NCBI RefSeq assembly: GCF_009834535.1
Contig: NC_045703.1
Coordinates: forward strand, 64,356,001-64,420,000
Reading direction: 5' to 3'
Source: Camelus ferus
Lineage: Eukaryota
Length of the DNA: 64,000 nucleotides
Shown: piece after piece, positions 51,985 to 64,000 of the stretch
Position numbering within the stretch: the first letter of the stretch is position 1
Layout: each line of letters starts with the position of its first letter
Translations under genes and position numbers: made by a program
The notes under the pieces: model-generated
Seen by the model: the letters and a program-made list of their open reading frames with translations, nothing else
Told to the model about the DNA's origin: nothing
Database searches by the model: none

Positions 51985-52420
51985 ATTAAACTTAATTGTG
52001 CCAAAATACACATAAGATTTACTGCTATAGCCATTTTTAAGTGTACGGTTCAGGACCATTAAGTACATTCACCTTGTTGTATAACCATCACCACCATCCA
52101 TCTCCAGAACTTTTTCATCTTGCAAAACCTAAACTCTGTACCAGTAGACAACTCCCTATTCCTCCCAATCCCAGCCCCTGGCGACCCCCATTCTACTTTC
52201 TGTCTATGAGTTTGACTCTTCCAGATGCTTCATAGAAGTGGAATCATACAGTGTTTGTCTTTGGTGACTGGCTTATTTCACTTAGGAGGATGTCCTCAAG
52301 GTCCACCCATCTTGTAGCACAAGTCAGGATTTCCTCCCTTTTTAAGGCTGAATAATATTCCATTGGGTGACAATAACAAATTTTGTGTATCCATTCATCA
52401 GTCAATGGACACTTGGGTCA
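51985..52420 (-). mobile_element. L1MB-like 3' end
   Basis: tttaagtgtacggttcag...cattaagtacattcaccttgttgtataaccatcaccaccatccatctccagaac, gtggaatcatacagtg, ggctgaataatattccattg. Confidence 0.9.
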
Positions 52421-52904
52421 CATTTGGTTTTGATGGCATGTTCTGTCTTTGTTTGTGTAGGGTTTTGTCTGTTTTATTGTGTTTTATTTCTTTTGAATGT
52501 ATTTAGACAGGGCATGTCTTCTCCATGTCTTCAGCCCTCCACCCTTCTCTATTCTGGACTCCTTCACCCAGAGTTACCATTTACTCCATCCATCCATGCC
52601 TTTCTATGAAGGCAAAAGTATGCTGATTATATTCCACTTGCTAAAAGGGCAACTGGAATCATCCACATCATAAATCAATAATTAAACCAGAGAAGGAGTT
52701 TTTACCTAACCTCTTGTTAATTTTGGTAAAAAGATAAGAAAAATATCCACCCTGTAAGCTGTCCAAGTTTTAATATGTAGAAGTTTAAGGGGCATTCCTC
52801 TCTGACAGTTAAATCCCGAGTTATTCCACATAATTCTGACATGGTCAGACCAATGTATTTGTGCACAAGGCAGTCTCTGGAAGAAATTAGGTAGGCTCCT
52901 TCCC

Positions 52905-53900
52905 TTCGTCCATGCAGTACATTTTTACCGAGTGCCTGTAATTTCTAAGGCTTTATACTAGCTGTGGATACAAGCATTAGCAAAACCAATAAAGCTCTGG
53001 CCCTTGCGATGCTCAGAATCTCTAGAGGAGCCAACATTAAGCAAATAGCACCCAAGGTCATGTAATATTTCAACATGAAAAAGTGCCCGGTGAAATTCAA
53101 ACAGTGAAAGGCATGTAATGCTACAATAACAAACAGCAGGGGAATCTGATGTAGTCCTACGTGTGGGGATGTGTTGAGGGGGTGAACAGGGGAGTGAGCG
53201 CTCCTCTGAAATGAAGACAGTTAGTGTGGAGTGTCTGACAGTGAACATGAGTGTCATGGCGGAAGAGTGATAATGTAAGTGTCCTCATTGGCCTTCCTTT
53301 CCATTCATTCACTCAGACAGTCACTCGAAACTTTACTGAGCACCTAGTATGTGCCTGATACAGTGCCAGGCACTAGGGATAGAGTGATGAAGCAGACAGG
53401 CATGGCCCTTACCTCGAGTGCTTGCATCTTATTGGGGAAACATACAAAAACACAAGTAAGGAAACATACCAGATAACGACAGATGCTGTAGGCGCTATGA
53501 AGGAAACCAGGTGAGGGTAAAATGGAGGATGACACGGCGGGGAAAACACTTTAGTCAGATAAGGCTTCCTTGAGATGGTAACATTTAAGTGGAGTCTAAA
53601 AATATGATAAAGAGCTGGTTGTACAGTGAAATGGAGGCAAAAGCATTGTGGCCAAAAGGAACAACATAAACAAAGCCTGCTTTCCTGGCCTTGGCAGTAA
53701 GTTCAAGGTTTTGTTTTGTTTGGTTCTTCCTTTCCTTCCTTTTTTTTCTTTCTTTTTTTTTTTTTTTCTGGGACATAATCAGAGAAGTGGAAAGATCTGA
53801 TTCATCTATCTTAAGAAGACTGCTCTTGTGGCTGTGTGAAGTACGGATCAGGGATGCCATTTAGAAGAGCCCAAGTACGAATGGCTGTGGCCTGGATTCC
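52905..53900 (-). mobile_element. Two adjacent L2 fragments
   Basis: catttttaccgagtgcctg; cattcattcactcag...tttactgagcacctagtatgtgcc...gtgccaggcactagggat; gatctgattcatc...ctcttgtggctg. Confidence 0.75.
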
Positions 53901-55067
53901 GCATTCTTGTTGTTTTGTTTTTTTCGGACACCCCCTTCCATTAGAATGCAAGCTTCACAAGGGAAGCGCTTTTTTTTTTGTTCATACTTTAACACATCAA
54001 GATAATGACCAGGGTAAGTTTATGGAAACAACATCTATGGTGGGGATTCTTACCATTTTTGCCTAAGAATTCTCAGCGAACATGCCAGCAGCCTCACGCT
54101 ACTTTCAAGCAAAGATTTAATATCGAGAAGCAGCAGTAAGATTGCAGATCGCTAAGGCTTCATTACCTTTACAAAGCAGACTACAGGGCATTTACTCGTG
54201 TGCTCTGAAATATTATCATAAAACGAACCCTCACTTGTCAAAACAAACAAGCAAAGTAAATTCCATAAGGCATTCTAGCCTCGACAGCAATTGCATTATT
54301 TTCACAAGCTAATTCGTGAAACCAGATGACTCATAATGGCACACCCTTTCACAGACGTGAATGTGCAAGTCTATAGCATTAATACATCAATGCAGATGTG
54401 TAAATAACTGCGCTGATCCCTCCATAAAAGTGTTTTATTCTCATCACTATTGAGTAAACATGCCATTTGAATAATTTACTTCTTCTTTCCCCTCTTGAAA
54501 TAATATTTCTAAAGGTAAAAATTTAGATTCTGAAAATTAAGAAAAACTACATCCCATTACAGTCTGCCGAACTTCAAAAGAGGAATATAAATTGTAGCTA
54601 ATAATTACAATAGCAATAATAATAAAGCATTTGAAATGGGAGACTCACTACTTCATACACATCAGCCAATTAGTCACCCAAACATTTCCAATTATTCAAG
54701 TATTTTGGCATTGTGCAAATAACACATCTGAATAAATGGCTGCATTTTTCTTTTCTCATTGAAATGTTTTTACTGAACGTTATTGCAACTTCAGAGGAGA
54801 GGCATTGCTTTTAAAGGCTACTTAGGCACAACATGCTTTGATCTGATTTATTGTCACAGTAAAAAATATTATCAGTTATTTAACTAATCTCTCTCCTACC
54901 CTGTATGTGCAGGGGATGAGTAAATCCCACAGATACTAACATAAAATAACACTTAATATGCAAATGATCATTTCTGTTCCAAATCTCTTTCATATTCCAA
55001 CTGGAGTAAATATGGAAAGAGCCAAACTGGTTTGAGATCCAGCTGGAGTCTTCTAGAAAATCAAATT

Positions 55068-55071
<4 letters not shown>

Positions 55072-55129
<58 letters not shown>

Positions 55130-55136
55130 GTATATA
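55072..55136. repeat. (TA)n microsatellite
   Basis: More than 20 TA units with TG interruptions at the 3' end. Confidence 0.95.
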
Positions 55137-57696
55137 GTAGAAAAGTAAACTCATTATGAAATGTAAAAATATCTGCCTTGATCATTATTAAGGGCCCACA
55201 TGATCACACTTCCAGCTTTAGTTGATCAGAAGTCCTTGCTTAAAATCATGCATCGGACTTACAAGAGCTTCAAAAATTAGATCTTCTACTTTATACTAAC
55301 AGCAGCTTTGTTTTCAAGATTTAATCACAACTCTAGGTCTGCACCAGTAGGTGTAATGGATCTTATTTCTTGATCGTTGAGCAACATCTGCACCATTTGG
55401 AATGCAAATTGCTATTTCCATCTGAAATGATCATCTGCTTACAAAGAGCCATTTCAAACTAGTAGTTAGTAGGAAACATTTGACTAGCCTAAAATACAGT
55501 GTAATGTGTACTGAGGTGTGGGGTGGGAGGAGTACTTGAAAAGGTGACAGATCATTGAATTGAATTGTGAAGAGAAGAAACAGGATTTAAAGAAATGAAA
55601 TTGGAAAGAAATGAACAATATCTGTAAGCACTCCTGAAATCAGTGAGACTCTATAATATAATATGAATTTGTTCTTGAAAATACCTTGACTTGAAAGCTT
55701 TTGAAATTCTTTGATGGAAATTGCTATATGAGTACAAAGCATTAACATTCTTAGTAATTATTGTTATCAAACATTAGTTGAAAATAGCAACACAGAAATT
55801 TGCAGCAAGTTTCACAAGTGTAAATATCACATATCCTGCTAACACGCTGGCAAAAAAAAAATAAATGAATGCACATATACACCAATTTTTATTTTTACTC
55901 TTTCTGTACCTGGAAAACAAACATTACAACCAGATGAGTAAAACTATCAAATGTATTGAGTGGCATTTGATTGCCTAGAAATAGGATTCTTAAAAGAATG
56001 AATGGTTTCTTTGCCTAACGTGTTTTCATTCAACCCAACTCATTTATTCAACAATCGCATTTTGAGCACTGACTGCCTTCCAGGTACCGAGTGAGGAACG
56101 CTGGTCAGTGGAGCACCTGAGAGTCCCCACCTTCACAGAGCTAAGGAATATTTACACAAGTTTAACTGGTCTTATCATTAGTTGTTACAGCAGGAACAGC
56201 ATCATTATTAATGTTTGATTGAGTCTCAACTCAATATGAGTAAACGCATGAAATGTTTAATTCCTGTGCTGCTTTCTGTGTAGCCAAAGAAACTTCTGGG
56301 GTTCTTTGGATGGTCAGGCAGGTGTTGGGCTTGGTTCTCCATCTTTTTTCCAAATACAGTATATCTATTTATCATTAAGTCTTGATGGGACCGGCTATTT
56401 CAAAGGGCCTCTTACCTTTAACAATCTCTACTCTAGACCAATATCTGGCCTCAGTGCATTTTTAAGTGAGTCCCAAACCCCAGGAGAAGTAAATGCAGTA
56501 AACACTCAATTAAGATTCAGCACTGAAGGGCGAAGATACAGCGGAAATCCTAACCCAACCCTAGGGACTTGGCAGAGGTTGAGGGTTTGAACTGACTCAC
56601 AGGATCACGTAACCGTGATGAAAAATGTTATCTTAATATTCCTCCAGTCTATCACATGTATTGTTCAAACCGGGGAATTTCCCTCTACTCTGAATAGTTT
56701 TCCTGGCCTCTCTCAAATTTTAATTCCCACTTTTGTCATGCTGGAGTTTTAAAGGAGTGAGGGATAATTCCAGAAAGGATCATTTATCTTATTTCTGCCA
56801 AGGGAGTCAATTATCCTACGAACAGAGGAAGAACTCTGGCTTCAGAGCTTTCTCTATGAATGCAATACGGGAATAGCTGGTGGAGCAAAATGCTGTTGTT
56901 TTGGGGGAAATGAAACAAAACAGAAGCAAAGTGAGGGAAATGCCATAATGTATAAGCAGGGTGGACACTAGTTCCACAAGTTCATCTTGCAGCTCCACTA
57001 CTTAGATGACCATGTTGGGGATTTTGCACTAAAATGAGGTGTGAAGAACTTGGGAAGGGCTTAGTGGAAGGGAACACAAACCTGTATTAGAAAGTCTAGA
57101 CAAAGTCTGGAAATATTTGCTCTGCCAGAAGGAAGCTAAGAGGCAGTTTGAAGTCCGTGTGTCAGCATAGTAAAGAGAAGCAAAGGCAGGGACGACTGGA
57201 CAAGTTGCAAGGGTCAGACGGCAGCAGGGGGATTAAGGTTATGTCGGTTCCGGGAATAATCACTTGTTCACATGCTTGGGGGAGGCCAGCAACCAGATAT
57301 AGGTGATTCGATTACTGCCTGCGCAGAGGAGGTCAAGACCCCTGAAACTGCAGAGAGCTGCCCAACCCCCTTGGGAACTACTGGTCCACAGTCCCAGTCC
57401 CATAAGACAAGAACCTCATTCGGCTCCTCTGCCTCCCCCACCCAACTCCAAACCTTCGCCAGTCGCCCACATCAGTAACAATGACCCAGAGCTGGGAAGA
57501 GAAGCAACTGGGCTTCCAGCAGGTGATGCGCGCAAGGCAGCTGGTTAGCACGCTTCTGTTTTCTCTCTTTCTTTTTACTTTTCTCCTTAGGAATAGTTTA
57601 AAGGTTCTGATTCTTTGTATTTTTAAAATAATAAAAGAAACACAAAAATACAGTCATAAAAATTCAAAACTAGGCAGGAGTGTATAAAATATAGAC

Positions 57697-58016
57697 CAGC
57701 ACTATCCAATGTGGTGGCCAACAGCCGCACGTGGCCCTGGAGCTCCACGTCGAGATGCACTGTCTGTCTAAATTACACCTGGATTTCAAAGACTTTGGAC
57801 AGAAACAAGATTGTAAAACACTACCTTAATAATAATTGTATACTGATTATATGTTGAAGTAGTAATATTTTGGATATATCAGATGAAAAATATATACTAT
57901 TAAAGTTAGCACCATCTGCTTCTTTTTTATTTCTTAAAATGTGACTACTAGAAATTTTAAATTTAATTATGTGGTTCACTTACGTGCCTCTCATTATATT
58001 TCTGCCGAGCAGCGCT
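57697..58016 (-). mobile_element. MER33 (hAT-Charlie)
   Basis: cagcactatccaat...gtggccaacagccgcacgtggcc...atgttgaagtagtaatattttggatata...gtgactactagaaattttaaatt...cagcgct. Confidence 0.85.
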
Positions 58017-58079
58017 AAAATGGAAGAGGAAACGCAAGTGCCCCTTCACGCTCAGCATTCCTGTCCCCAGAAAAAGCAC

Positions 58080-58600
58080 TTGTAACATTTTACGTATTTT
58101 TAAAGACCCTCTTTGATACATAGGCAGTTAAAAATGAAATGAAACCATTTTATATGTATTTTTTCTGAAATTGTTTTTGTTTTTCACCCAACAGTACGTC
58201 TAAGAGATTGCTCAATGTTGGCACATGTGCAATTCCCTCATCCTTTGTTTTTGCTACATGCATGCTGTGTGAATGTCCCCCAAATTCATTACTGTTCTCT
58301 TCTTTATGGAAGTTAAGTTTTTCTCACATTTCTATTTTGGTAGTAACATTGCTGCTATATGTATACTTGGACTTGCTGTGTCAAGGGGAATGAGACTTTT
58401 TCATTTTGATAGAGACTACCAAATTGCCTTCCAAAGAGTGTCCATCAAATTATATTACCACCTACTATAAAAATACCAATTTCCTCACACCCTTGCTAAA
58501 CTTTTAAAATTTTGGCCAGTTTGGTGGATGAAGTATATATCATTTTAATTTAGTTTTCCCTGGTGACCACCTGATTTGAGCATTTCTTCACATGTTTATA
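58080..58600 (-). mobile_element. Old L1M fragment
   Basis: actaccaaattgccttccaaag, ccaatttcctcacaccctt, gatttgagcatttcttcacatgtt. Confidence 0.65.
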
Positions 58601-59247
58601 ACTAGTAGACTGAATGAGCAGAAAACAACTTCATTCATTCTCACACCTTCCTGCACAAAACCCAGTCCAGAACTCAGACTTTTTCACTTTCCTTCCTTTT
58701 CCTCACTTTTTGTATAAAATCTCAGACAAATCCCTTTGTGTTTACAATGACTAATAGACAGTAAATCTTTCCGTCTCTTTCAATCACAGGAGCAATCTTG
58801 TTTCAGGAACTAAAATGTCCAGTCCAGGCTCACAAACAAGCACATAATCCTTTATTCAACTTAAAGCTGATCTGTCCTCCAGCATCTCCTGTTCAGGTTG
58901 GAACACTTCCTCCCTCCTTCCTCCACCTCCAAGGAGGCACTGGCTCGTGCACTGCAATTCTCACGTCACCCTCACCCCCCTCCAATACACATTTTAAGTC
59001 ATTAATTGTGTGTGTGTGTTCTTGATGTTTGCAGAAGCTCCCTACATTTCTGGATACTTGTCTGATATACATGCTGCAACTATTTTCTCCCAGCCTGTCA
59101 CTTCTTTTTTTTTTTTTAACTTTATCATCTCTTTTACCAAATATAGATTTTGAATGTTGGTTTATCAATCTGTTCTTTTAACTTCTGCAGTTTGTGTGCT
59201 TAGCAAAGCCTTATATACTTCAAGATTACAGAAATAGACTCTTCTTT

Positions 59248-59500
59248 ATTTTTGTAAAAGCATCATTGAGATATAATTCACATACACTGCAACTTGCCTA
59301 TTAAAGTGTACAATTCAATGTTTTTTTAAATTATACTTGCAGACTTGTGCGATCATCATCAACACAATCAGTTTTGGAACTTTTCATCATCTTAAGAAGC
59401 CCTGTATGCTTTACCTATCATTCTTCAGTCTTCCTCTCCCCATCGGTTCCAGGTAACAGCTGATCCACTTTTTGTCTCTGTGGGTTTGCCAGCCCTGATC
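59248..59500 (-). mobile_element. L1MB-like 3' end
   Basis: attgagatataattcacatac...ttaaagtgtacaattcaatg...cacaatcagttttggaacttttcatca. Confidence 0.8.
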
Positions 59501-59737
59501 ATGCGTTTGGGTGACTCTGACTCTTGGGTTTGACCTTGGATCCAGTTTCCCCAGTGGAACGCAGTTCCAGTCGCCATGGTGCTTGTTGGCTTGAGGCCAT
59601 TCCCTTTATTGACTCCCTTCCGTTGCCTGTTTCACTTCCTCTCTCTCCTCCTGATCTTTCCTTCACCTCCCAATGAATTATTTGCATGTAAATCTTTGTC
59701 TCGGGTCTGCTTCTGGGGTAAGTCCAAACTAAGACAC
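59500..59737 (+). mobile_element. ERVL LTR 3' part (LTR33/LTR16-like)
   Basis: cacctcccaatgaattatttgcatgtaaatctttgtctcgggtctgcttctggggtaagtccaaactaagaca terminus. Confidence 0.7.
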
Positions 59738-60651
59738 ACTCTCACTTTTCCATCTATTGCTCTGGGCTTTTGTTCTTCTGTATTTTGTTTTATGCCTCTA
59801 TTTTTGGTGCTTGCTGGTCCTTGTTTATTTGGTTGTCTTTGTACCTGGGATTCCTTGCTACTTCATCTGTTTAGGCTGGGAAGCTTGCCTTAGAGGAAAA
59901 AGAGTTGTTGCAAGCATTTCTTTGCTAAACTCATCTCTTTCGCATTCACACCCCAGGTCCCTAGCCTCAGTTTCTGACACATCCCTGGTTGGAGGTGGGG
60001 GAGGTGGGGACAGAGAGTAAAGATAAGAAATAAGAGCAATGTTATTTGACCGGCAAAATGGAATCTGGTGATGGTGCCTTGAATGTGGTAGACTCTCTAT
60101 GTGAGCTTGGAACACATGGGGCACTTTGCTGGGTTCCTCTGAGAGTTCCCCCTGGAAACCTCTAACTGCCATTCCTTTGATGCAGAGCAACAGCTCCAAC
60201 CCCCAGATCTTTGTTGGGACCTTCTTTGTTAGTGAACATTGCCTGCTCTTAAGGCAGCCACCTCTCCCCATTCTCAACATAGCCTTTTTAAATATTTAAG
60301 TTTCTTAGACATAAACACTAATCCCTTGCTCCCATCAAATTCCATAGGCATCATGTCATATTATCCAAGGGGTATCCTTAGCTCTCCCCAACCAAAGGTA
60401 CCTACTGGACTTGAAATGAGAAGGAGGGATCCCCAGGAGGGGTAATAAGCAATGAACTGATACCTCTCTCCAAGGACCGCCTCTCTTCCTGTGTCTCACC
60501 TCCTACCTCAACCTTTTTTACAATGTCAAGATTTCCTGTTATGGTTTTAGGGATCTAATTTAAGCAAACTTTTCCTACTTCAATATCATAACAATATTCT
60601 TCTTATTTTCTTCTAGAAGTTTCAAAGTTTTGTTTTTGAAATTAAGATATT

Positions 60652-60677
60652 AAAACAAAACAAAACAAAACAAAAAC
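60652..60677. repeat. (AAAAC)n
   Basis: About 5 units. Confidence 0.9.
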
Positions 60678-63600
60678 AGTGCATTCTTTACTCCTCTTAA
60701 AAACCATAGAGCCCTGAGGTTTCCCCAGGATTCTACTGCTGGATTTCCTGCTTCAGGAAGTGGGTGGACCCAGGAAATAGGTAATTCCAGCTAGAACAAG
60801 GCAGCCTTCACTCAATTTCAGTTTCCAAGGAGATTTTGCTTTTAAGCATAAAGTGATAGCATTGTCTTGGGAATTAGAGTTTGTTAAGAGAGAAAGGGTT
60901 TCTAGATTACAAAGATCTCTCTTTTGCATATCAAGGGGATGCTTAACACACCTGGATGAACAGAGATTGGCCAAGGGAAATTTCCATCCCACCATGGAAA
61001 GAAGGAAGAGTTTCTCTAGCCTTGGATAAAGGAAAAGGAGAGAAAAGGCAGAGCTGCAGAGGTTAGAGATCAAGAGATCAGCGTGGAGTTTCTTCCTCCA
61101 GCCACAATCCTGGCTGCTGTTAGCGGGCTTAGGTGTGGGTGTGGGTGAATCCCAGAACTGTGGACCTCTATAACACTTCACTGAGTACTTTTACCAGATT
61201 GTGGAATTATTAATGGTCCTTCTAGAAGTGCCATATCCAACATGGCATCAACCACACAGTAGGTCAAAAATGACAAAGGGGAAATCTCATCATAAACAGT
61301 GTCCTGTGTATCTCCCCCATCTCCAAGTAGAATAGAAGGTTCTGTTTCTCTGAGCCAAAGACACTTGCCATGTTTTGCAGGGGGTGCTCTAGTAACCCCA
61401 AAGTTTCCCTGGAACTCGGGGTACACACAGTGGCTCCAAGTGCATCTCATACCTCCAGCATGCAGCTACAAAGGGGCACATTCTAAGACACTTGTGTGTC
61501 TCTAGGAAGGGTTCTTTGTTTGAAATACTTGTCCTGGATTTAACGTTTCAGTCCAAAATTCTCATCATCATTCTTTCTCTAACACTACTGCCAATTTTAT
61601 TGAAATGCCTGAGAATTTCCATGGGGTTTGCAGAGTTGAGGAGAAGTAGACCTGCCAGAAGGAAGCCTTCTGGACAGTGAAGTCTCCTGGTAGCAGGGAG
61701 GTCCATTCATTTAGGAACTGTATGGAAGTCATGGCTGAGATTCAGAGGAGAGCCTTCTAGTGTCAAGGTCAGTGGTGTTGGTCATGATGAGGGAAGGCTT
61801 ATGTTCCCCCAGTGAAGATGCCAGCATAGACCCTACTCAAGGTCAGAAAGACACTGCCCTCTGGCCAGTGAGAAGCAGAGGAGGACACTGTGATATCAGA
61901 ACACGGAGTCTTCTAAGCCCAGACAGCTCCCTGGCAAAGGGAAGGGAAAGAGAAACCCTAAAAGCCTAAACATTTACCTGAGAGAAAGTAAATTAGCCCT
62001 AAGATATTCTTTTATAGGAAAGAAATCCATTTACCTTTCATGGGCAGTTTTTCCTCCATCCACAGAAAAATGGGGCCACAAGTATAAGATGAGGGAAATC
62101 ATAGAAAATTAAAGAAAATTACATTTCCTCTCGAGATGAAAACTCATTTCAGGGTCACATCAGCCCGGCTGCACAGAACAGATCAGTGACAAGGACCTTG
62201 AGACACTGTATGACTCTAATATAAAAGCTCTTAAAGAAAAGTGTAAATGCTGGATTTTATTAATAATATTGACAAGGAAACGTTCTGTATCTTTTGTGTC
62301 ACAAATGCCAGGAAATTGTGAAGTGCTCTGCTTTGCAATTCTGTTCAACGCCTGCTGCAGTCACTGGACCACAGGGTGGAAACAAACACGTGAAGGTAGA
62401 AAGGCCACTGCTTCTGCGGACAGTCGGTTACTTTACTTAACTGCAGTTCGAGGGGAAGAACAAAGCGTGGAGAATTCTCTTAGCTCCCCCGTTCGCTTCT
62501 TCCTCGGAGGCACTTTTAGATGCTGCTGGAGATCGTCGCTCGACAGTAAAAGGCTATCTGTGGGACCACACAGCGGCCAAAGTTGCAGCAAAGTGCACCT
62601 TCGCTTGCGTGAAGGATGTGGACTTTTCTAATGGAATGGCATTCGGGGGTCCGGGGTGGTGGTGCTGCAAGTGCCCGACAGAGTCAACATGAAAGCCCTT
62701 TCTTGTGCTGGACCCCGGCTCTCCGGGTCAGGAAGGGCTGAGGCCACCGTTCAGCCTATGAGTCAAAGGACGGCTCGGGCCAATTAAGGGGAACAGGGAA
62801 AAACTGAAATGATGGGAAAAGATAGCAATAGATAGAACTCGGGATCTTAAAAGCAGGCAAAGGAAAGAGAAATGGGTAGGAATACAGGAGAAAACACTAT
62901 AAGGGAGAGTGTTCTGTTTCAAAAGAGCCGAGCAATAAAAGCAACAGAAAATAAAGCCAAACAGGCCTCTCTTCCTTCCTTCTTCACTTAGAGGACTATT
63001 GCCTGCAGCCACTCCAAAGAGGACAGACGTGGACCCCTTCTCTAACACCCCATCTCTGTGATCCCAAGTTCCAGCGGCTTCTAAAAGGTTCACCCTGTCC
63101 TCATGCAGACCTCGGGAGGTACTGAGGATTAAGAGCCCTATTCCTATTTATTGTTTTCCCAGTTGCTAAAAGTCACGCATGAACTATCTTTTAAACCCCA
63201 AACGCTGGGAAGCAGCTCACAGGATTCAGTGCTAAGCTACAGAGAAAAGCCAGGGAAGGGACAATTCCATCAGGCTTCTAGAAGTAATGTTCTCCTAATC
63301 GGGTATTTCCTGGCAGTTAATGACCAGCTGTGCTGACTTCTACATTCAGCCATTAAGTTCACAGTGACCTCGGTTGCTCTGAATCCTTAAGTACTTCCAA
63401 AGATAATCGTACACTAAATAGCACACGTGCTCCAAAACAGGCAGTGGAGTCAAACAAAGATGCAACTTAATGTTGGTATGTGAGACAGAAACATCAAGTC
63501 CAGAACAAGTATTGCAAACCCAGAACACTTCCTAGAGAGACACAAATGTCTTAGAACGCCTCTGTTTGCAGCTGCTTCCATATCGGTGGCTTTGTATCAG

Positions 63601-63804
63601 ATGCACTTAGAGTTCTTGGCTTGCACCCTGAGTCCTAGAGAAACTTTGGGATTATCAGGGCCTATCCCTTATACCAAACGCAAAATATGGCAAGGAAAAG
63701 CAAAAGGAGACTTCAGAGTCTGCAGAAACCAGTCAGAAAGGGGACCTCCAGCACCACCCTGGGTCCAGTCCAGCTCTCCAGACCTTAAGTCATACGCCAC
63801 TAAG

Positions 63805-63985
63805 TACTAATTGTGTGCCTGGAACCATTATATGATTTCTTATCTCACCAATGCTATGATGTAATTATTACTTTTATTTTTCAGAAAAAGAAAGTGAAAC
63901 TTGGAGAGGTAAAGGAGCTTGGCAGAGGTAGCAACGGGAAGCCTCGTGTTTCAAATCCAGCCTGTCCTGCTCCAAAGCCCGTGCC
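63805..63985 (-). mobile_element. MIR
   Basis: attttttcagaaaaagaaagtgaaacttggagaggtaaaggagcttg...gtttcaaatccagcctgtcctgctccaaagccc. Confidence 0.7.
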
Positions 63986-64000
63986 TGTAGCCCCTCCCAG

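Noticed and set aside
9405-59687. Nine perfect octamer motifs (9405, 11275, 16898, 18321, 22529, 47647, 54958, 55402, 59680)
   Set aside because: Only a few-fold above a naive expectation, dispersed, three lie inside repeats, and the motif is common in AT-rich mammalian DNA

Overview
Mammalian (placental) non-coding genomic DNA, most likely from a camelid. That assignment rests on a camelid-style L1 3' end at 5693-5896 and the apparent absence of Alu, Bov-A/BovB, CHR-2, PRE-1, CanSINE and ERE SINEs. No ORF in the track resembles a protein I recognise, and I see no rRNA, tRNA, snRNA, CRISPR or viral coding sequence. The window looks like a large intron or intergenic interval. It is filled with ancient eutherian repeats (L2, MIR, L1M fragments, MLT1 and LTR16/LTR33 solo LTRs, MER5/33/53/58 hAT elements), microsatellites and three N-gaps of 180, 324 and 148 nt. 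The best non-repeat signals are four. (1) A CpG-rich candidate first exon on the minus strand with an ATG and a GTAAGT donor (~23.1-23.45 kb). (2) A strong plus-strand acceptor followed by a perfect-Kozak ATG that runs into gap 1 (3685-3827). (3) Two near-perfect RFX X-boxes and a CRE/GC-box module. (4) A young L1 with an 18-bp TSD and a double A-tail that may be a tiny 3' transduction. Repeat family names come from recalled consensus motifs, not from a RepeatMasker run, and their boundaries are approximate. I found no convincing novel biological system.
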